This document shows, piece by piece, positions 24,645-35,766 of a stretch of 64,000 nucleotides of DNA. Origin of the DNA: Rhina ancylostomus. Its lineage: Eukaryota. The position numbers were made by a program, and so were the translations under genes. Numbering within the stretch: the stretch's first letter is position 1; every line of letters starts with the position of its first letter. The stretch covers positions 12,103,818 to 12,167,817 of the forward strand of contig JARFYF010000057.1 of assembly GCA_030265395.1 (NCBI GenBank). Reading direction: 5' to 3'. The notes beneath the pieces are model-generated. The model was given only the letters and a program-made list of their open reading frames with translations, made no database searches and was not told the DNA's origin.

Positions 24645-27600
24645 TATTGTGTTTGGTTTGTTTAAGACCCTAAGCCCAATAAATTTTAAATGAGCATAAT
24701 TGTAACCATTAGAATGAGCCTGCAGCAGGATGGGCAGTGATGGCCAGGCTATAAATAGCTGAACTCTGCCAAACTCAGAGTGGGCAGTCATGAAGGCGCA
24801 ATACAAATGTATTTTTAAAAGTCACTTGCCATGATGCTGTTTCTGGGGTGATTTGTGGCATATCCAATATTTCCTTTTCATGTGTTTGCCAGTTTTGTCT
24901 TTTGTGCATAAGCAGTATGTTTGCCCCACTTGTGTGGGAATGATATCAGTGGGTTCACAGGCCCTGGCTGAAAAATGCTGCATAGTGAAGACTTGAGACT
25001 GAGTGAAATTACCTTGGTTCATTCATCTGTTTGGCCCATTTACAATGAAAGCTGGTGATCATTATTCATTCTCTAGATTATTAGGGTGTTTGTCCTGAAG
25101 CATTATTAAAATGCATCCCACTACTGTATTTGTGTGCACTGTATTTTGACATTAAGCTTTCACAAAAGCAGAAGGTGGTGATAAATGAGAAACTCTCAAC
25201 TTAAGGAACAATAATTAGTCAGGTTCCTTGAGGAACTGTTTTGGAACATCACTACTTACAATTAAAGTGGAACAGCAGATCACTAATGAATCCGCATGGA
25301 CAAACCTGTGGGCAAAAGTGATGAGTACAAAGAATATTGATTTCCCTCAAACTTGGACCAATTATGTAGATTAAATGTGATTATTATCCTTTTCATGAGA
25401 GAGAATGCATGTGGAACTATGACGATAAACATGGGTACCCTGAAAAGAGACAATTTTAAGATGGATACATGGGACTGGGGAAGATCTAAATGGAGTATAA
25501 CAAGTGCCTTTTAAAGAGGCAACAACACTTCAATTGCTGAGGTGGGGGGTGTTAGTGATGCTCACCAACTTTTCAACTTAAAAAGTAAATGAAACAACAT
25601 TCAAAGTAGAGAAAAAATGGAAATATTTAAATATACTACTTGCTTTAGCACTAGTACATTTTTTTTAAAAAGTGCTGGGTGTCAATGGGGCTTAAGCAGG
25701 CCATAGAAAATGTCTCTTCCCTTTACTGAGCAGGGAAGATGAGAGGAAACTTTTGATCATTCACAACATTCTTTTTTCAATGTAATTAAGTTTCTAGCAC
25801 TGTCCTCTAGCTTGACACTTGTGGCAAAAATCCTGCCCTCGCATAAGTAATTTTTAAACCCTAACCCTGGCTCAAAGTTGATGCAGAGCCTACTCTGACT
25901 TGCATTTATTTAGCATCTTTGTTAAAATAAATTCCACAAAGTATTGGCATGGGCTTGTTGGGCTAGAAGAGCCTGTTACTGTGCTGTATAAAATTTTAAA
26001 GTTTTAACTTGGTGAAAGGCATGTTTTCAAGAGTACCTTGATGAAGAGGGTTTTTTTTTTGAGGGGCAGAGATGCTGTTGGTGGGAGAAACTCCTAAGCC
26101 TGGGACAAAGGTTACTAAGGGTGATGGAGTAATGAAATTGGGAGAAAACTCTGCTTCAGTTTTTGGTCTGACTGAGTTTTCTAGTCTGGGTATAGTTTTG
26201 GAGGCTGCTTATAGTTTCAGCATCCAATGTCTTAAAGAACACACATCAGACCTTGGCTCCTCCATGTGATATTACCTTGAACATTTTGTTTTTGTATGCT
26301 AGCTTGATTAGACCTGGCAGCAGGGCCCCTTGTTCAAATCACCAGCTGGTACTGCTCCAGTTACAACCAAGGTGCTCATCAAACTTTAACACAACCACAA
26401 TCTGCATCTTAGGGGGGAGGGTTTTGTTGCAGAGGAGTGGGTGGAAGTAATAGGTCACTTGGGTATAGTTGGCATTCATCTCCTCTTGGCAGAAAGACCT
26501 GGTATGTTTAAGTTGTCAGGATATGGTTAACAATGTCTTTCATTTTATTCTGAGCTTAATTAGCTCCTGCAGCATGATTTGAGAGCCTAGCAACTTTATT
26601 GTGTGAATTTAAAAAAAGATGTCAGGAGTGGCACCATGACAACTACTGTGTTGTGACATCAGCTTGTTGTGTCAACCCTACTGATTAGACTTTACTTGCT
26701 GGGGGTGGAAACAGGGCTTGGTCTCCAAGGTTGGTGATCAGTTCTGTAGTACAGCCCAGGCTAATGTACTTGTCAACAAGTTCTTTTGTGTATAGATGTT
26801 GACAAAAATTAAGCTGAATACTAATCTCTCTCCAGTATGCCTTCATTATTGCATTCTTTCCATTAGCACTGATTTAAAACAAAAACTTGTCACATCTTGA
26901 AGTACACAACAGCAAGCATTTTTGTTGTATTTAGCTCAGCCAAATGATCAACTAGAACTGGTCTGTTTTCTCCCAAGGTGGAGAAGAATGGATTAGTACC
27001 CTAAGAGCTGTAATCAAATGAATGAGGGAGGAAAAAATTAACTCTTGCTTTTAATGAGTTGGTGAGGCTAAAGTTTCCAGTAAAACTATACTGTCCACCT
27101 TTTTAAGGAAAACAGCACTTGGGAGCTGGCACAACCCATAAGGAGCTCAACAAGAACTTCATGCAAACACTAATTTTCTGATGTCATGAGGTGATTGATG
27201 AAAAACAATAGATTGTTCTAAAATATTGTGACTTCTGCCACAGCTGGGATAGATGTTGGAGAACTGATGAAATGTTTTACCTCCAGTGGTGAGGTTGTGG
27301 ATCCTTTGCCCTTTCCCACAAACAACTGGGAGATGCTACAAACTTGGAATGTATGTGGTCTTGTTTGATTTTCTTTTTAGAATTTTCTCTCCAGTTTAAG
27401 AGAATTATTAGTAGCCTCAATCTGGTAAGGACTCATTTAAAGGTAGTCATTAATCTCTGACAACCCAACAACATGGTAAACCTACAAAAAAAATTTATAG
27501 AATCTTCCTCTTTAATAAATCTAATGCTCCTTGCCTTTGCTAACTCTGCCTCCAACCACCTTCCCAATGTCAATGCTGTTATTTGCTGCTAAATGTGAAT

Positions 27601-28024
27601 TCCAATGGTTCCATATTGCTACTAAGAAAAATCTTGTGCTTGTATCCAGTCTTTGAGACTCTGGCAGAAACCTGGAGTGAATCAACTGAACATTTTATTG
27701 CCTTCTACCTTCATCTTTCTTAGTTTTGTTTACATGTAGACCTGAACTGTGTGCTTGCTTTAACACCCCCCTTCAAAAAAAAGCATTCTTTAAGTCTCTT
27801 CATAGCTTTGCCCAACAATGTCTTGCCTTTTAGCATTACAGCCTCTTCTGACATTACAAGCCTTTTAGAGCTCTGCTCTCATTTGGTGTTCTCTGCAGGT
27901 CCCTGGTTTTAATCACTCCATTGGCTGCTGTCTTTGTCCTGACCACGAGCTCTGAAATTCTCTCCAAGAATTCTTTTCTCTCTTCCTCAATCTATCTCTC
28001 CTGATACCTTTGTGGCTGTGTCAT

Positions 28025-29120
28025 AAACACATGAGCATGAGGAACCAGAGTAGGCCATTCAGTCCCTTCTGTCTGCTTCACTTTTTAATAACATCATTGC
28101 CACCTTCCTGCACTGACATGGCATCCTTGGATTCTCTTGGTATCCAAAAGAAATCTACCAATCTGTTTCAAATATACTTGGCAACCAACCTGCACAGTTG
28201 TCCTTGGGTAGATTTAAACACTTGGAATAAAACAAAACAATTTCTTCTCACTGTCCTGATTGGACAGCCCTTATTTCAAGACACTGATCCTTGATTCTAG
28301 ACATTTCTGTACCTCTCCTTAGAAGCCTCTTAATATTGTACATTTCAATAAGATCACCTGTGATTCTAAACTCCAGCAAATACAGCTTTATCTCTCCCAG
28401 TATGACAAACCTGCCATTCCAGGAATCAATCTGTTGAATATTTTGCTGTATTCTCTCTATTGCAAATAGGCAGGGAGATCTGGTCTTGCCAGGGCTGCAT
28501 ACAATTGGAACAAGCCACATCTCCTTGAATTATCATTCTCATACAACAAAAGCCAATGTACCAGTTTCCTTCCTAATTGCTTGCTGAATCTGAATATTAA
28601 CCTTTAGTGACTTGTATACAAGGCCATCCAAGAAGTTTCAATCTATTGCCATTTAAGGAAAAACTCTACCTTTTCTACTATTTTCCCTACATAATATTCT
28701 ATCTACCATTTTGTTAGCATCCACTTATTTTTGCCTGTGTCACCAAGGCCTCCATCTTCCTTAGAACCCAAAATNNNNNNNNNNNNNNNNNNNNNNNNNN
28801 NNNNNNNNNNNNNNNNNNNNNNNNNNNNNNNNNNNNNNNNNNNNNNNNNNNNNNNNNNNNNNNNNNNNNNNNNNNNNNNNNNNNNNNNNNNNNNNNNNNN
28901 NNNNNNNNNNNNNNNNNNNNNNNNNNNATGATAGTATAATACACCCAACACCATTCTTTCATTAAACACATACTTTGTTTAATAATCTGTGGCATTTGAT
29001 TGATGCCTTTCTCAAAGTTCAAATACACAGCATCATGTAATTAACTTTTACCCATTCTACTTGTTATCACTTTTTAAAAATTGGCAGAAATTTGTCATAG
29101 TTTCCCCCTCCATATAACCA
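28025..29120 (-). mobile_element. CR1 LINE 3' fragment spanning a gap
   Basis: Tail gagtaggccattcagtccct at about 28050; minus-strand LYLLEFRITGDLIEMYNI and DAVYLNFEK are CR1 ORF2 motifs. Confidence 0.75.
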
Positions 29121-29199
29121 TGTAGAGGAGTTTCACTCGCTGCATAAGTTTGAAATAATCACTCTCCCGGAATTTACTTTTTTTTAAACTGGGCATATT

Positions 29200-29760
29200 T
29201 TCCTTGAGGCTTCATGCGGGGCTTCCAGTCACCCTGGCCGGCCAAACGGCCTTTTTCATCATCACTGACTTTAAGATGCAACTTTTAAATGTCAGTGGAA
29301 TCTTTTTCCTCTTTATTTTTTTTGCAGCAGGAGATGAATCTTTAATCGCCAGGCAATCCAAAGACTTGTTGGTGTATTTCAGCTACAAGCTGGGGAGAGC
29401 TTCGTCCTGTCAGGCCCGAGGCCCGGCGCCTCGGCGACCAGCCATTACCCCGCGGTTTTATCTATGTGTTTGTGACGGTTTCGTGGACGGGACGCCGCTG
29501 GATTTTGCCTCGGGCCTACCTTGACCGTCGTCGAGGCTGTTGGTGCCCCGCGTTCCCGCCCCTCACGCTCATCCTCGGGCGCCGAATTGCCCGCATGGCA
29601 GACTGAAGTTTGGCTGGGAAAGAGCTGGGTGAATGACAGCCCGTCTTTTAAACGGCAGCGCCAGATCCCTCGCCAATGGTGGCAAACGAACCATTGCAAA
29701 CGTACAGCAGATGAGGAGAAAACTTCCAGAACACTGGGGGGGGGGGTTGTTATCAACACT
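29200..29760. promoter_or_regulatory. Intronic CpG-rich patch (candidate enhancer, alternative promoter or non-coding exon)
   Basis: Dense CpG at about 29400-29705 against a depleted background; long pyrimidine tract with tandem acceptor gcagcag at 29324-29330; TGAATGACAG at 29630-29639. Confidence 0.45.
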
Positions 29761-30049
29761 GGATGTGGAATTTTGAATAAGCTTTCTCGCAGGTTCTTCC
29801 CCAAATTCCACTTCCTTCACTTCACCCAGTACCTGTAACTGCCATTTTCCTGGGGTGAGACTGTATCTCCACTGGTTACCTCCTTTTGTGCTTTGTATTG
29901 CTGCAGAAGGCACCGGGAATGTCACCTTGACACAGGAGTAGATTAGTCATCTTGTGATGAGTCTGAACTCCAATGGCTCCCAGTAACTGCCTGTGCATGG
30001 CAGTGGACAGGCCCTGAAGCTATTGCAGCTTTTGGAGAAAAATAAATGG

Positions 30050-30210
30050 GAACAAGAAAGTTGGAAGAACTTAGTGGGTCAAGCAATATTTGTGGAAACA
30101 AAAGGTGTAAACCAGCATTTCAAGACTAGACTCTGAATCAGGACTTAACCTGCCGAGTTCTTCCAATGTTCTGTTTGTTCCAGAGTCCAGCATCTGCAGC
30201 CTCTTTGTCT
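30050..30210. mobile_element. Short Penelope-derived element with inverted arms
   Basis: ttggaagaacttagtgggtca (30061-30081) is inverted against taacctgccgagttcttccaa (30146-30166); ends in ccagcatctgcag like other family members. Confidence 0.55.
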
Positions 30211-31722
30211 AAGTAGGAGCAGGCATTAGAGTTGTATTTTCTCCATGAAGAAAGCTGTAACAGATGTGGCAACTTTCACAGCAAAGAGAATGGTACAAGG
30301 TTAGTCACGTTTGTGGCATGTTTGGGAATATTACAGCAGGTCTCCCACTCAACCCTCTCAATCTCCAGATATGGCAGTCTGCTACCTAATTTTTTTTGTA
30401 AATCCTCATGGTTCATTATCTGGCTCACTCATTGGTACTGGTAACTGAGTAAATCTATTCTGGTCCAGCCCACTACTTTTTTGTGTAGCTGAACACAAGT
30501 GAATTACTGAGTGATTACACTACTTTTTATTCAAAATCTCTCTGGGGGGCCCTTTTTATAGTGTTCCTTTTTAACTTGCTAGCTTAGCTGGAAAATTAAT
30601 TACACTACTGTGAAATAAGTGTTAAGGCATTAATAGAAGGAACAGTAATAGTTCTAGTAAATCTGCTGGTCCACACCACCAAGGGGTGCTGGATTATTGA
30701 AGTTTTGTTATACCTGGCTTTAATCTCCTCACTGACTATTTTCTTATGACATAGGCCATTTGGCCCAAGCAGCCTTTTATGGACTCATGGAACAATNNNN
30801 NNNNNNNNNNNNNNNNNNNNNNNNNNNNNNNNNNNNNNNNNNNNNNNNNNNNNNNNNNNNNNNNNNNNNNNNNNNNNNNNNNNNNNNNNATAACTTGTTA
30901 CTCTGGTCTTTTGATCTTTTGTGTTGCATCCATTGCTGTTCATTCAAATAATTTAAATGTTATCATAAAGGAAAGGAAATTTAAATGAGGTTTGACCTCT
31001 AGTACTTCATTTTCAAATAACTTGAGGCCAAAAGATGATAACTTTTGAGGTGGTAGAGATGCTATTATAGTCTATAATATTTTAGTGAAACAAGTTGGAA
31101 ATGCCACGCACAATCAGCACTGCTCATTCCAGTGAGGGCTGTGCCTCAAATGGAATGAGGGGGGTGGAGAGGCCTTGGCATTCTGGGAAAGGTAACGCCA
31201 TGGCAACGCTGCTGGTGAGCTCAACTGGGAGGGCGGGGCCACAGTCCTTGGGTGCTGAGGGTAGAGTCACCTCAGGTGACTGCTGACAGCAAATAGCCAT
31301 TGCTGTTACAGCCCAGAGAGCAGGTATTGCAAGGTAAAATGGTGGATCTGGTGGGACTCTGGCTTTGACTGGATGTTACATCCAAAGCAGCTGGAGGAAA
31401 CTATCTTGGAGTGAGGTGAATGTCTTATTAGTGGAAATCACTATGAAAGAATCAAACCGTGACAAGTNNNNNNNNNNNNNNNNNNNNNNNNNNNNNNNNN
31501 NNNNNNNNNNNNNNNNNNNNNNNNNNNNNNNNNNNNNNNNNNNNNNNNNNNNNNNNNNNNNNNNNNNATACCTGGAAACATTTTGGATCTCACTGAGTAG
31601 GAAACTAATTTAAAAATGGGGCAGAACAAATTTAAAACAAAATACAATAGGTCAGCAGCATAAATTTGTTACTAAAGAAAGTTACCTACAAAGACTTAAC
31701 ATTCTGTGTCACCTTTTTCTGT

Positions 31723-31846
31723 GACAAGAGACTGCAGATGCTGGGATCTGGAATGGTCCTGATGCAGCCTTGATCTGAAATGTTGAACTGCATCTTTTTG
31801 CCTCCAGATGCTGCTTGATTTGCTGAGTTGTTCCAGTATTGTTGTC
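31723..31846. mobile_element. Short Penelope-derived element
   Basis: gacaagagactgcagatgctgg head (reverse tail) joined to gtcCTGATGcagccttgatctGAAAtgttgaac...agatgctgcttgatttgctgagttgttccag. Confidence 0.55.
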
Positions 31847-32989
31847 TTTTCCTGGTAATTGTTGCTGTCAGGAGTCTGTTCAATAGGATCAATGATGTCC
31901 AGTAACTAGTATCATCAAATTGGCTGAATAGCCAATCACAATGAAGAATTTTAAGACAAACTAGGAAGCAAACCAAATTTTTAACTAGTATTTTGAGTCT
32001 GAAATAAAGACTGATATGCATTACGTTGATATTTCTGGAAGCAAGCTGGGAATTAAAAAAATTAGTCAAATTAGAGGTACATTTTTAACATGGTTTGAAG
32101 AGCAGGATGGGAAGAATGAAGGGGAAAGTTTTATAACAGCCATGCCACACCTGTTTTCACATTTTTTTTCCTCAAGTGAATTCAGTACACTCTTCTGTTA
32201 TGGTACAATTTTATCTAGAAAGTAGAGCAAATAAGAGTTAAAGATGGGTGAAGATTTAAGGTAAATCTTGCAAAATTTAAGCATGCTTGTAGCATGGACA
32301 AGGGTACTTTATTGGAGGAGAGAGAATAAAGTATTGGAAATATTGGGAGACATTACCCAGATAAAGTAGAGTGCAGCAACAATGGGAAAAATTTGTGGTG
32401 GAGGGTCACAAAGCTATCTTTCTGTATAGAGTATGCGTCACTTTGAGAGACTTTAAAAATAAAATGTATGTGTAGCATCTATCTGTTATGATTTTTTAAA
32501 ATTTAACTATTGTTATGTATGCAAACATGTTGGCCAGTTTATGCACAACAAGATCCAGTCAACAAAAAATTGATTTGAATGTTGGTTGAGAAAAGTTAAC
32601 CAGGATCAAAACTCCTTGTTCTTTCACTGATCATGAAGTAATCCTATTTTAATGGATTATTCAAATGATTACCCTCTTTGATATGACCATTTTCCCTTGG
32701 CATTTTGTCTTGCTGAAATGCCAGAATTAATCACATTTGGATTCATTGCATTTAAGCACTCTACCTTTTAAAAGGCACAACCTTCTGTTTCAGGGGAGAA
32801 AGTATCAAATAACTGAGCTAAGCTAGTTCTGATTGAAAGATGAATTAAAACAACTATTTCCACATCTGCCACTAAACTTTCTGTTATGCATACTTGAATT
32901 CTTCTTCTCTCCTCTTCCCATAATATAACTTGTAGAAAATTGGTCTTGGTTGCAGCTTGATGGCCTGCTCTGATACCATTCATTTAAAA

Positions 32990-33090
32990 AGTACTGGAGG
33001 AACTCAGTGGGTCTGGCAGCATATACGGAGGAAAAGAAACAGTTAATGTTTCAGGCTGAGACCCTTCACCAGGACTGGAAAGGAAGAGAA
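32990..33090 (-). mobile_element. Penelope-like terminal fragment with hammerhead-like motif
   Basis: Minus strand ccagtc CTGGTGA agggtctcagcct GAAAC att aactg, followed by atgctgccagacccactgagttcctccag. Confidence 0.6.
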
Positions 33091-34304
33091 CAGAATGCTT
33101 TTTCCCTCAGGGTTGTACAATTAGCCTCTGGACCCAAGAGGTGGAAAACAGATTAATCGTTATACTTTTTTTCCCTAAATTCTCAGTTTCCTCTTTCATT
33201 CACTAGCACTCAGAGTATTAACTCTGCAAGGCAGTGGTTATTTGTCAGCTTTTGCAATTCTATAATTTTGGCATGCAATACTAACCTGCCCTCTGACATC
33301 GTGCCTCAGTGGTCACAAACCATAACTTTGTTTCTTTCTTCCCACTCTCCCTGCCCCATGAAATCAATTGTATCACCCAATTCTTGTTCTGCTCAATTTT
33401 TTTTTCCAAGCTACGTGGCTAAGGAAGCAGCTGTTGGAGTTCATTACACTTCAGCAAATATTGTTTAACTATTGGAAATGGAAAGTAGACCACTGGGCAG
33501 CGTCAGTGGATTACTTTTGGATTGTTCTAATAAAGGAGTGGCACAGAATTGATGGGCTAGGTGACCTCTTCCTCTGCTGTCACATCAATTGTTTCATTTG
33601 GAATAACATGGGATTTTTGTTCTGTGGCTTGATACCACACCATGCAGCATACATATTGCTGAGCCACTGGACTGCAAAGCAACCCTTAAAAGACTCTTAA
33701 GGGCAACCATTTCCTACATGCTGTTGGATTGTTTGAGCAATAAAACTTTGAAAGAGTAAGGCCAAATCAAAATTGTCACTTGTGCCTCATGGCTCTATTG
33801 CATCAAAACATTGCAATACAATGAAATTCAATGTGGGTGGCAACTGGTTCAGCAAGAAACTCCAGGAAAGTGGCATGTAATTACTGTAAAATAAATGTTG
33901 GTGTGAGAGCCTATTGGGAGTCTAGTACTATATTTTCTGGTAGGAGGGCTGGGTACTTAAATATCTTAATTGACCTAGGGCTAGCGAAAAGTAGATCGAT
34001 CCACAAGCCTACTCAATACGATTTGTCTCCTGCTCTATACCCTAATTATGGTTTCAAGTTGCTAGTATATTCGAAATTTGAACCAAAATCCACTCTTTAA
34101 AGGTGCTCTTTAACAGAGCTTTGCATTTGATTATATAAACATCTTGGAGCCAAACTTAAGCCTGGTACCATCTTGCCATGTGAAGATTCAACTTTGCCTT
34201 CTTGAGCAAGAGGTGAAAGATGGAATTTCTGCTTTTTCTCTTGGGTAACATCTGGTCTAAGTTGGAAAGATTTAATAATTCTGCAACTGACACTAAACTA
34301 ATGG

Positions 34305-35055
34305 TACTGAGTACAAGGAAGATGTAAAGGGACTTAAAGGGGATATGGACAAATTGAGTGCATAGGCAGAATGTAGCAGATGGAACATAATAATAAAAAA
34401 AATACACTTTGCACAAAACGAAGACCTGAGTTTTTAAATGGTAATTGGTAAGTGTTGATGTTCATAGGGACTTGAGTGCACTTGGGCATAAATCACTGAA
34501 AACCAATGCATGGATGAGAAAGATGATTGGAAAGGCAAATGCTACGTTAGCCTTTATTACAGAAGGACTTGTACAGGAGCAAGGAAGTCTTTCTCCAATT
34601 ATACAAAGCCTTGAGACTGTACACAGTACTTGTGTACAATTTTGCTTCTCCTTGCCTAAGATGTACTTGCTATAGTGGGGGGGGGGGGGGTGCAGAGGAT
34701 GGTTTTAGGGACGATGGACCTTCTGGATCAGGAGAGACTGAGGAAACGAAGCCCAGGAGAGGAGATATCATTGAAACATAAAATTCTTTACGGGGCACGA
34801 TGGGTTGGATGTAGGGATGATGTTTTTCCCCTGCTGGGGAAGTCTTGATTCCTGGTGTAGGGTATGCTGTTTAGGACTGCAGTGAGAAGTTGCTTCACTC
34901 TGGATGGTAGCTGTTTGGATTTTTTTTACCCTGAAGGCTCAGTCAATGAGTTCATAGAAAATGGAGATGGATGGATTTCTGATTATTAATGTAATTGTGT
35001 GAAATGGGGATAGTGCAGACAAATGGTCTTGATGGCCTATTCCTGCTGCGTACTT
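34305..35055 (+). mobile_element. CR1 LINE 3' fragment
   Basis: VHRDLSALGHKSLK...IGKANATLAFITEGL, RSKEVFLQLYKAL, RRGDIIET; tail gatggcctattcctgct. Confidence 0.8.
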
Positions 35056-35439
35056 GTGATTTACACTTATTGTTGCATAATTTAACTGTCATGTCCTAAC
35101 TTGTTTTTTCAAGTGGATGTAGCTGTAGAAAGAAGTGTCCAATTTTTAAAAAAAATTCTATGACTTGGCTGGAGGCTGACCTATTTTAAGGAAAGTGGTG
35201 GCTTTAAAATGTGTAAACCTATAACCTCTTATACTGACAAATTGGTGTGGAACAAATTGGATTAAAATCTTTTCATTCCTAAAATTTTTTTTTTGTTTTG
35301 TTTTTAATGAACAGCTCTTTCAAAACTAATCCTTGTGTTCTCACCCGTAAACAAATACTGATCATTATTCCCTACATTCAGGGCTGCTCCATGCTTGAAT
35401 GAGTTCTGATTTCAAGGCTGAAATTTAGAGTAGAAGGGA

Positions 35440-35546
35440 GTAATAGTTCTAATGAAAGGCCATCAACCTGAAGCTTTAACTCTTTCTTGCTAGATGCTGC
35501 TTGACCTGCTGAGTATATTTGGCACTTCTTGTTTTTGCTTTTCAAG
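35440..35546 (+). mobile_element. Penelope-like terminal fragment just upstream of the first coding exon
   Basis: agttctaatgaaaggccatcaacctgaagctttaact...agatgctgcttgacctgctgagtatatttggcacttcttgtttttgcttttcaag. Confidence 0.6.
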
Positions 35547-35593
35547 AATGGATGATAAAATTGGTCAGTATTAACTTCTGCTTGACTTCTAGG

Positions 35594-35766
35594 ATGACTT
35601 CTGTCTTGGACAAGTGGCTGTGGCACCATGAATACTGGCTCCCTCCAGGCATCACATGGAAAGATATGGAAGATTCTGAACATGCCCATTATCCTCGACC
35701 TCGTGACCTTGTCGTTGCCATACCATATGCCTTTGTGTTTATTGTTCTCCGTTCCCTCTATGAAAG
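35594..35766 (+). CDS. CERS4: Ceramide synthase coding exon 1
   Basis: ttctag|G ATG; [57 protein letters not shown](R); donor AG|gtagat. Confidence 0.95.

Noticed and set aside
29204-29925. Four overlapping 105-119 aa ORFs in the CpG patch
   Set aside because: Expected from high GC content; no homology or consistent coding signal.
35547-35563. 17-nt microexon (ag|aatggatgataaaattg|gtcagt)
   Set aside because: The following intron would be under 30 nt, too short to splice.
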